Positions 52,812 through 64,000 of a stretch of DNA of 64,000 nt are shown one piece after another (the stretch's first letter is position 1; the number at the start of each line of letters is the position of its first letter). Source of the stretch: Octopus sinensis (Eukaryota); the NCBI RefSeq assembly GCF_006345805.1, contig NC_043000.1, positions 52,018,001-52,082,000 of the forward strand. Direction: 5' to 3'. The notes beneath the pieces were generated by a model, which was given only the letters and a program-made list of their open reading frames with translations, was not told the DNA's origin and made no database searches. Made by a program: the position numbers and the translations under genes.

Positions 52812-54880
52812 TATTTCAAGATTTTGCCATAATAGCATTAAACAGAGTGAGAAGCTTGCGGACTGGACAAAGACATTAAATGAGATGAGTGATGAAAAGA
52901 TGGTATTAATGGGAGAAAGACAAAAGACGCCGGTCGATCTTTCTTTCTCTAAAACATTGTTCCATTTTACAGTAACATTAGATTTCATAATAATATCAAA
53001 AACATTAAATTGAGGCGCTAAGCCTCTTATCAATCATCCCCGATTAAATCTCTTGCTGCCTCCAGGCAATCCTGCAGCAGAAAGTCGGGGACCCAGAAAA
53101 GATAATTGCACTCTTCCTTAGAAAAGGAATCGATTATCTTATAAAATTTACTTTCTTCCATGACCTTTGCAGCCACCTGCGGAGGCCAGTGTAGACTATC
53201 CATGCAGGTCGGGACCACCAGTTCCCGACCTTCAAAACTATCTACAAAGTTCTATAGATAGAAGACCACATATTCTTTATTATTTTCATTGGGAGAGGCC
53301 GCAGCCTCCTCCGCCTGTGGCACAATTCCACCAGCGAAGTTTCGGGACATGTCGGCAGGGCATTGCAAACCGCCGGCACCATCCCATTCTTTCTTCTTCT
53401 TTTTCATCTTTGGCGCGGGAGGGGTTGGCTCCTTCGCCTCAACCGGAGGAACATCGCCTCCTCCTGCAACTCCCGGATCCTTCGGTGAGCAACCATTGTT
53501 GCTCCCCTTCTTCCTTTTCTCCCCCTTTTTCTGGGGGAAATCTCTCCTCCTCCTCACCTACCCCCTTCTCTCCTTCTGGAGAACGAGGGGAGCTCTTCTA
53601 CAACCAACTGCTCCAGGACCCTACACTGGTTCTGGAGACAGTTTTTCTTTATGTGGCCAGGCTCCAGGCCGATGACACCTGGGATGGGGGAGGGTGTTGG
53701 TGGCGACCCTCAAGAATCACCGGGTACCTGCACCTGGCCATTTTCCAAAAATCTGGAAATCCAGATTGGCTGATTGGGTCCACAGGGTCAAAACAGCCTT
53801 TGACTGAACCCAATCAGCCGCAGGAAAAATGTTCACATTAAGGAGCTTGGTTCCGCTGCCATCCAGACTCTGGCGGATAGTCTCCTTTATCCATTCGGGT
53901 TTTATCCCGGGCAGCAACCCGCAGATCTAAGGTCTTACTAGCCTTTTCCCACAATACGTGAGAAGAAGCAAAAGTTCTTTGCTCTCTAAGTGCTGGCTCG
54001 GAAATTTGCGAGCCTTTTCAGGGGTGTCAAATAGCAACCACACTGTTTCATATTTACTCCCCTGGAAATTAATTTAATAGTTAGCAGATACTCTGCCAAC
54101 TCCTTTTCTGTCCCAATCTTTTCAAATAGGGCGACGGTGTCGAGCGACTTGGAGTAAGTACTCAACACCACCGTCCTCTCTTCAAGATCTTTCAACCACT
54201 GTTTGGGTGGTATAATTTCCCACTTCAATTCATTGTCTTTTTTCATTGCAATGGTTTTTGGTATAAAAGTTTGAAAGTAGTTGCAAATAAAACTAAAAAC
54301 AGAAAGAAGAAAAAGAAAGAAATCAAAAGAAAATCACAATAAAAAGGAAGGAAGAAAAAAGAAAACAATTCACAAAACAGTTAGAAGGAAAGAAAACAGT
54401 CAACAGTTCAAAAACACAGCAAAAAAAATCTTCCGGCCATTAGGTACTCCCGGCCAAGTTCAAACTCAGAAGGCTACAGCTGGAACACAACTTCCACAAA
54501 AATTGGTATACGAGTTGTTCAATCTTCGGAAGCTAGACACTTCCCCAAAACAGCAATTCTCAAAATTATTTTACAAAAAAAAATTATTCACTAAAAGTGA
54601 ACAAATTTTTGTAGTCGTCGATACGCCCCCAAGCAATAATTCTCAAAAGGAAGTGAGAAAAAAACCATTAATTTAACGTGAACAAATTTTTGCCCAACTG
54701 CATGCAGACTAGAGTTTACAATCCAGTGAGGACTTCTTGCCTGTACAAAAATTAATTACCGCAAACAACAAACCCCCACTGGACCCCAAAAACAAATGTC
54801 TTACCTTACAGTAGAGCTTCGTTTACAATCAATTTTCATCCGCTGCAAACCAGCGACAGCTTCTGTTCAGTGGTACGAAC
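52812..54880 (-). mobile_element. ORF1-only (HAL1-like) Tx1-type element E4: 5' UTR, gag-like ORF1 (54246->53030, disrupted), 3' UTR
   Basis: MKKDNELKWEIIPPK..., RYPVILEGR, broken CHR..EPGHIKKNC (CCHC knuckle), charged linker, C-terminal domain ending LIGDD*. The 3' UTR follows immediately and matches E1-E3. No endonuclease or RT motifs. Confidence 0.85.
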
Positions 54881-54919
54881 AACACTGGCAACGAAACACT
54901 CCTGTGCCTATTCACGCAG

Positions 54920-54963
<44 letters not shown>

Positions 54964-54968
54964 ACCTA

Positions 54969-55003
<35 letters not shown>

Positions 55004-55809
55004 TTGTATATATCTACTTAAATGTCAAAAAATGAGAATGCGTGCTTAACATCGCACTGGTAGATAAAATTAAGACTACCATTAGTTTTCTGTTAAGAAA
55101 AATATCTTAATATCCTAACAGTTTTTCAAGCCGATCACATGTAAGAATGATGTTCGTTTCCAATTTGGATGAATAAACGAAAATGTGTGTGTGTGTGCAT
55201 GTGTGTGTTTGTATGTGTGTATATGTGTGTGTGTGTGTGTGGTGTATGTGTGTGTATTATATGGTATAACTTTACATTAAGAAGTACAATTTCCTGTAAG
55301 TCAGACTGCCTCGTGGTTCCAGCAGAGAAAATGGAAAACGCTTTGCCCTGCAGGGTGGCTCGCATTTGCGAACAGCCATCACCGACCCGATAACGTTAGA
55401 GAGAGACATCGCAGAAACTGAAGGATAGATGGAGATGGAAAGACATTGAGAAAGCATGAAAATATATTGCTTTTAGTTTAGGTTAGTTAAAGCATAAGGG
55501 AGAAACATAATGACTTTGCAAGTGCCGCTTAAACGATTCAGATTAATGTGGCTGATGCGGAAGAAAATTCAATAGTGTGATATTATATTGGTTGACAAAT
55601 ATATTGACTCTTATTGCTGAAACACATTTAATTTCTCTGTCGTAAAGAGTTAACTGGAAAACAACGTTTGTTTCATTACAAGACTACAAACAGATCTATA
55701 TATGTGATTATTAATTCAGATATGGCTTATTGTGGTTAATATCATCTCTATTGCCATTATCATAATTATCTTTATGAATTCTGTATAATATAAAGCCATA
55801 CGCTCAAAA

Positions 55810-56490
<681 letters not shown>

Positions 56491-56802
56491 TGTGTGAGTG
56501 CGTGTTTGGTGTGTGTGTGTGTATGAGTGCAATCTGTTTAAATATATATATAGGTCAATACATATATACGTGCATAAAAAAGTAAGTAAAAAGTATATAA
56601 CGTTTATAGATTTTCATATCAACGATGATCTCATGTCTTCACTCTTCTGTCATTATATCAAGCGCACAACACAAGCCTGTTCATTTGAAGTGACAGCTAA
56701 AAATATACACACGCATATACACGCAAGTGAGTAATGTAAATATACATACGTACATGTATATATATCTATATGTGTATATACTATATATATATATTATATA
56801 TA

Positions 56803-56848
<46 letters not shown>

Positions 56849-57389
56849 GTGTGTGTTTGTGTATGTATATGTATATGTGCGTGTGTGTGTGTTTGTGTGT
56901 GCAGAGTCGCGTGTGTGTCGGTATATATGTGTGTATGTGCATATATTTGTGTGTACATTAATGCGAATGTACACAGAGTATGTAAGCAAATTAAGTTTGA
57001 TTAGTGTCTTCTTGTCCGGAGAAAGGCTATATTCCTTTGAAAAGTTTTAAATGTATATCTTACTTCCGAGTGTACAAGCATACATGCATACACTCATACA
57101 TACATACATACATACATATATACATACATACATACATACTTAAATTCATACGAGTGGTGTGTGTTATGTATGTGTGTGTAAATGTGTGTAAATGTCTGTA
57201 TGTAAATATGTATATATATCTTTACATCCTTTATTTATTGTCATCAAATAATATCTGTTTCAATCCAATAATATTCCCAGCAGACTTTGCTATTGATAGT
57301 ATTTCAAATGTTTATATTATATTGCTAGTTGTTAGCTATATTAACGACTTTAATCTATTTATAATGTTATTTATTGCCCACATTTCTTG

Positions 57390-58370
57390 GCTAAGTGTAG
57401 ACAAGTTAGGGAAAATAACCACTCTGAAGGATGACATCAAAGCTGCTGTCTAATGAATAACCAGAGAAATCGTTTTTGAGTAATGTTTAATATTTACTTA
57501 CTTGTTTCTTTATGTATTCATTTATTTGTCTGTTGGCGAATTTCCATTTGTGTCCGCTAAATAAGCTGGCGGGTTTGCAAGACTATTATCCACTTTCCAA
57601 TTTAGCTAACTTTGATATAAATGTTGTGCACAGTTATATCAAGTCAAAAGGTATCGATGACAGAGCTACAATATGGCTTTCTCACATGCTAGAAATAGTA
57701 GCTGAATCTCGCCCAGATCATGCTCAACCATCACGAGAAAAATAAAATGAAAGAAAATATACTTCAGATACTGTATTGCTGGATAAAATATGTCTGGAAA
57801 ATATACAGGAAGGTTTTGTTATGGAAAGTTCTGTTCTATCTCGACTAATCAAGGTTAAAAAAGCACGAGAACAAGAACAACTAGTGCAAAAGAAGCAGCA
57901 GTGGCGACGATAACGATTGGTTAGATAAAATTGTTGAACCAATCTTCCCAGTGCCGTATTTCAGATGGTATTTTGTTGAAGAGAGAAGCCAAATTTAAAA
58001 TCATAGATTTTTCGAAAGTTTTCAAGCTCATATGCACAGAATTATAAGTGATAGAACTGCATTATCGGCAATGATATATGTCAAGTTGTTTTTGTATCTT
58101 ATGATTTTTCTTTATAAACAACAGAGATAGAGAGCTTCTCCGACAGAAAATAATATTGTTGTGAGTTACATTCGTTCAAGTCGAAAACAAAATTGATAAA
58201 CTGTGGTATCTTGCCTTATGGGAATTCCTTTCAACGTTTTAGACATATCAACCTTTTACATAAACAACCTAAATTCTCCTAAACCTTTCTCCTGTTTTAT
58301 TTTTTCATAACAACTGTAAGAGAAGAACGAGATACACGTACAAGCTTTATCGAGGATCTTCGAAACTAGT
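57390..58370 (+). pseudogene. Decayed, apparently spliced protein-coding remnant of unknown family
   Basis: Reading frame 57512-57912 is broken by a single TAA. Candidate exons 58125-58160 (cag|...|gtgagt) and 58321-58368 join as DRELLRQKIILLEERDTRTSFIEDLRN. Confidence 0.45.
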
Positions 58371-60329
58371 GAGAGGAAAGGAGAAAGCTTTCCTCCGACT
58401 AATGTCTGGGTTGGAGTGGTGGCAACAAATTGTATTCATTGTACTATGTTAAAGGGAGTACAATGCCTACAAACCAAGAAGCAGGAGGGGGTGTCATAAC
58501 ATGTAATGAATTATGACTATTAGCCAAGAACAAGAATGCTCTCCTAAGTGGAGGCTTCTAGCATAAGATACATGCCCAAGTTGATGTGCTGTGGGTTTGA
58601 ATCCGAAAGCATGTCCTTGTGAAACGAACTTCTTAAGTATATAGCTGTGTCCGTATCCAATTTACTGAATGTATGCAAGACTGTATGTACATATGTATGA
58701 TTGTATGTTCAATATTTCATGCCCCGTCATGTACATAGTTAACCAAACAGTCAAACACTCACTCATTCATAACCTCATTCATTCATTCTTTTATTCAATC
58801 AATCACCCATTCACACCCTTATTCATTTACCCTCTTATTCGCTTAAACAATCACCTACTCACGCATCCATTCACTCAGTCTCACATTCACTCAGTTACTC
58901 CTTCAATAAATGCATCATTCCTTATTTATATCACATGCGTAGTGAATTGATGACGAGAAACCTTGTAATGTTTATTTTCGAATCTTGAAACCGTCGAACC
59001 GGCGGAATCATTAGCACGTCGGACAAAATGTTCTGTAGCTTTTAGCAAAAATCTGAAACCAATATTTAGTTTCGAATCCTGTAAGTATTGAACTCCAATG
59101 GCTGGGCCAATTAATTTTTTTTTTTTGTAAACATGTTTAAAATAAGTCTGTTATCAGATATCTATACTTCCACCTTAAAGGAACACGATTTATGTTAGAA
59201 ATTAGTAATATAATTCATTATTGGCTGCAGGTATCTCGCAAATGGATTATATTTAAGAAATTTGACTTATTGAAGTGCCATCAACAGGGAGATTAATCTG
59301 GGGGTTTTAAGAAGAATGCCCGTGCACCATCTACATATATCCTTGGTATGGACATATATAAATCAACAATCATTTGGATATTATGAAACCCTCTAATTGA
59401 TTGCATTTCAAATCTACAACCGCCTCTGTATACAGGAACTAACCTTGTCCTTGTAAGTTAAGCGACTTGGTGCTGGTAATGGTGTTGCAATGATTTAATT
59501 TGGCTGATTTTATGATGAAAAGGGAACAATCAATAGAAAGTGAGAGGTAAAAATAATGTTCCCACCGGTTATGATAGGCAAAAACGTACTAAAATCATGC
59601 GAATGAATAACATTTAGAAGTTAGTGAACAAGTTGTGGAATATTAAAATATTTAGCGATTTGTAATATAAGTCAATGCATAAAGATAGTGATTTCAAATT
59701 TTGGCACAAGGACAGGAATTTTGTAGGACGGGGTGAGTCGAGTACATCGAACCCATTGTTCAAGTGGTACTTATTTTATTGACTTCAAAAGAATGAAAGA
59801 CAAAGTTACAATTCTGCCAGCTCGCCGCCTTACTGCATGAAGCATATGAGGACTAGTGAAGCATTTTGTTATACCACAATACACATTACAGTTGGCTATC
59901 AGTCGAACCAAAATAAGGAATCTCTAGATAGTCACCCGATTGCTGAAAATGGCAGTCAAATCTTGCTCCCACCCACTCCTTCACTGTCTGAGAAAAGAAT
60001 ACATCGAATAATGTGGTTCAAGTTCCTTGTACAGAGGAGGAAATACAGGTTCGTTAGAGATGAAATACATTTAACCATAAATATTCACTATTAGAGCTCA
60101 CCTGTAAACAGTTACAAACAGTTACTACAACAGCCTCAGCAGCAGTTTATTTGTACCTACTATATACTTGTAATTATTTTATTGATGTCAACGGCAAACA
60201 GAACTTCTTATTTTGGTATAAGCAAAAAGTAGTCACAGTAACAGATGTAGCAATAGAAACACGAATCAATTGAAAAGACTATTATGGAAATAACTGTAAC
60301 TGTTGCTTGTTCAATATTCAGCAGCAAAC

Positions 60330-60920
60330 ATAGTGGCGAGTTGGCAGAAATGTTAGCACGCCGGTCGAAATGCGTAGCTGTATTTCGTCTGCCGTTACGT
60401 TCTGAGTTAAAATTCCGCCGAGGTCGTCTTTGCCTTTCATCCTTTCGGGGTCGATAAATCAAGTACCAGTTGCGCACTCAGGTCGATATAATCGACTTAA
60501 TCAGTCTGTCTGTCCTTGTTTGTCCCCCCTATGTTTAACCCCTTGTGGGTAGTAAAGAAATAGGTATTTCGTCTGTCTTTACGTTCTGAGTTCAAATTCC
60601 GCCGAAGTCGACTTTGCCTTTCATCCTTTCGGGGCCGATTAAATAAGTACCAGTTACGCACTGAGGTCGATATAATCGACTTAATCCATTTGTTTATCCT
60701 TGTTTGTCTTCTCTGTGTTTAGCTCCTTGCGGGTAGTAAAGAAATAGAAATAAGTATTCGTCTGATTTTCGTTCAGACTTCAAATTCCACCGAGGTCGAC
60801 TTTGTCTTTCATCCTTTTGGGGTCAATAAAATAAGAACCAGTTGCGTACTTAGGTTGATCTAATCCACTGGCCCCCTTCCCCCGAATTTCGGACGTTGTG
60901 CCTAGAGTAGAAAAGAATAT
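60330..60920 (+). mobile_element. SINE family E, trimeric form
   Basis: Head + three units; two Tx1-like tails at about 60555 and 60740. Confidence 0.93.
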
Positions 60921-61169
60921 TTAGCAGCAAACATAAAATATATAAAGTATAATAATCTGAACGCTTATAAAAAGTTAATTCACTAATCCATTAATAATTT
61001 TTTAATGATCGTCACATTTAAATTAAAATGCAAATTAACGCACTTTCCTGCAAGATCAGAAGCATCTATACGTTCTTTTTATGCTGCATGACTGCATCCA
61101 AAATAAACGTATTTTGATAATTGCTAAAAAGCAACCAGATTACGTTCGAAACTTACAGTGTGTTATTGC

Positions 61170-61264
61170 AGTCGTTCCCAACCTTCTCACAGAGGTTGCT
61201 AACAATGGTTCACAACCCTTTTATTCGAATGAGTTTTCTTCGGACCCCCTTTAATATGCCTAAC

Positions 61265-61330
<66 letters not shown>

Positions 61331-61490
61331 TATATATATATATATATGTATGTATGTATGTTGTATGTATGTATGTATGTATGTATGTATGTATGTATGT
61401 ATATGAATTTTTTTATTTAGTTCACGAATACCCCCGTACTACTTTTGCGGACTACCAGAGGTCCACAGATCCCAGGCTAGGAACCGGTGT
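61170..61490. mobile_element. hAT (Charlie-type) MITE containing a microsatellite
   Basis: Degenerate TIRs CAGTCGTTCCCAACC and GGCTAGGAACCGGTG. Confidence 0.6.
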
Positions 61491-61733
61491 GCTTTTGAAT
61501 AAGACGTTGTTGAGACTTATGTTCACAGAAAATCTGTCATATGCTTCGCAGCAAATTTTATGCTGCAAACTGTTTATTGTGATTTATATGTAGAAATTAG
61601 TCTTCGCTATACATGATGTTTTTAGAATTATTGATCATAAGTAATCCAAATCTGCACGGTGTGAACACGTTAATGCTGCTTCCATATTTTAACTTCGTTG
61701 TCGTATAAATTGTTTTCCTTTACTTTCGAAATA

Positions 61734-61985
61734 CAATAATCCCACGCCATATCGCGGTTCATCTATCGCAGGTTATTCATCTATCGAGGTTTATTCACCT
61801 ATCGCGGTTCATCTATCGCGACTCATTCGTGGTGTTGTTTTCCATTTATGATAAAATAAATATATACAAATTATAAAAATAATTAAAAGGATATACAGTA
61901 CAGTACTGTTTCTACTTCGCGGATTTTCATCTATCGCAGAGTGGGTATTTGGACCGTAACACCCGCGACAGTGGAGGGATTACTG
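61734..61985. mobile_element. Tigger/pogo-type MITE
   Basis: TA|CAATAATCCCACG...TCGCGG and CCGCGA...GAGGGATTACTG|TA; internal CTATCGCG repeats. Confidence 0.8.
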
Positions 61986-62143
61986 TATGTCGACTTTTAA
62001 TTAAGAGACAAAAGAAAGACAACCCTGCATGTTCTTAGTTAACAATGCTGATAGATCAATAATAGATGAATTCATAAGTAGTTATAAACACCTACATAAT
62101 ACCTGCCAACCTACGTATCTACATACATACGTGCTTCTATCTA

Positions 62144-62225
<82 letters not shown>

Positions 62226-64000
62226 TATGTATATACATACATATGTATGTATATATGTATGTATGCATGTATGTTTGTATATATAAATATATAAATAAAT
62301 ATATATATATATATATATGTTATATATTTATTTATTTATATATGTATATACGTACATATATATACACGTATAAATGCAAACAAATTGATAACTAGATGTG
62401 TACTTTATCTCATTGTAAGATATATTACAGAATTTCTAGTTTGCAATAATGAGTTTTGCACCTGCTTTAGTATTATATACAATTCATTAAGGAAATAGAG
62501 AAAAAAAGCTAACAAGCAAAATACGGAAAGAAAATCAGTACACAAAAATGAAGGTGTCGAAAACAGTCAGACAATAAATATAGGTAACAATTTTCTTCTA
62601 AATTGCTTTCCAGTGCATTCGTGAAAAATAAAGGAAAAGAAAGTTATAACACTAGTGCAGAAAAGAAAGTAAATTCGATGAGAAAGAATAGGTGTGAACA
62701 AAAATAAAGAAATAAAGAAATATATGAAGAAGGTAAACTAAAATGAAAATTTGGTTGCTGTCTCTATTAATCCTCCAGCAGCAATGTAGCAACCTAAGTG
62801 AAAATTCAGATTTTGCTATTTAGTTATGTAGATTACGGATGTGCTTATTAAGTTCTAGTATTCTGACATACTATTAAAATGAGCATTTTACGAAACAACT
62901 AAGGAATTTAGATTAACTAATGAGCCACTACATACTGGATCTGCTTGGATAACGGTTGAATTTAAATCATGTAACACCCTACAAAAGATTGTGATTTGAA
63001 AGAGACATATAAAGATGAGACACAATTAGGTATATTTCCTAATCGTTGTTCCTAGCCGGACCAGCAACCAATCAGTTAGACGAGCCCGACCAAGTTTAAA
63101 TTCCCCCATGGCTTCGTATATTATATTAGCCTAAAGTACAACGTTACATATATAAGACTAAACGACAGTTTAAGTCTTTACTAATAATGAGTGTGAATTT
63201 ATAGATCTCAAAAGTGGGAATACTTTGATGCAGAAAAAAAAATCATTCATAAATGTAATCAGTCATTTCAACTAATTGCTACAGTAATCAAATTAGGCAA
63301 AGTATTCAGCAATGCGTACAGGGTGATAATTAACTCATAGACATGTATGACCATCAATGACAAGTTTTTCTAGAAATTAAAGATAATATACGTCAGCAAT
63401 ATCCGTGCTGAACTTTAAAGTCAATAACAGCTTGCACAACACCACTATGACCCACATTTACAAATCCAAGTATTCCAGAAACAAGCAAGAGCAAGAATTC
63501 TGGCTTCGCAATGAGGTGGGTGTTATGTTGGAACTTCCTTCTCTTAGAGAGACCTCTAAACAAAGACTTAGACTTGGACGCCCTGCAGGACATACATACA
63601 TACATACATACATACATACATACATCATACATACATACATACATACATACATACACACATACATACATACATACATACATACACACATGTATATATATGT
63701 TTGTCCCTGTATACATAAAGATACATACATTCATCTATATTCATTTATATACATGTATGTATGTATGTATGTATGTATGTATGTATGTATGTATGTATGT
63801 ATGTGTGTGTGTATGTATTTATAGAGAGATAAAACGAAATCGGAGGGATAGAAAAATGGTTGAAGCTTCAATTCATAGTCAGATATATTTATATTACAAA
63901 AGTTCTAGGTTACAATAATGAGATTTCCACCTGTTTTACCATTGTGTACCATTCATTAAGGAAATAGAGAAATAGCTAAAAAGCAAAATGCCGAACCAAA

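Noticed and set aside
54281-54676. Lys-rich plus-strand ORF
   Set aside because: Antisense of E4's T-rich 5' UTR.
63400-63590. Possible RTE ORF2 C-terminal fragment (NEV...LPSL...QRLR)
   Set aside because: Resemblance too weak to call without a search.

Overview
AT-rich animal DNA, saturated with (TA)n, (CA)n and (TATC)n microsatellites and transposable elements. The repeat repertoire resembles a coleoid cephalopod, probably Octopus (inference from family recognition, not a search). No intact host gene was found; most predicted ORFs are microsatellite translations. Recognisable content: at least four tRNA-derived SINE families, L1/Tx1-clade LINE copies, Tc1, mariner, hAT (Buster-like) and Merlin relics, MITEs, a non-autonomous Helitron, Penelope-like remnants with hammerhead-type motifs, and a decayed spliced-gene remnant near 57.4-58.4 kb. 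Main discovery: a target-specific Tx1-type system. Four related LINE 3' ends abut the same nucleotide (TGGT^AAG) of the tRNA-like head of SINE family A, or a duplicated copy of that site (10345, 12137, 12615, 52812); one has a perfect 15-bp target-site duplication. One apparently full-length member carries only ORF1 (gag-like, CCHC knuckle). Another goes directly from 5' UTR to ORF2 (endonuclease/RT), suggesting a split, two-component element. A sister Tx1 tail type inserts before (R)TATYT and forms the internal monomer boundary of a dimeric/trimeric SINE. Coordinates were hand-counted: junctions are near-exact, ends of old repeats are approximate. Family letters A-E and labels E1-E5 are my own working names.
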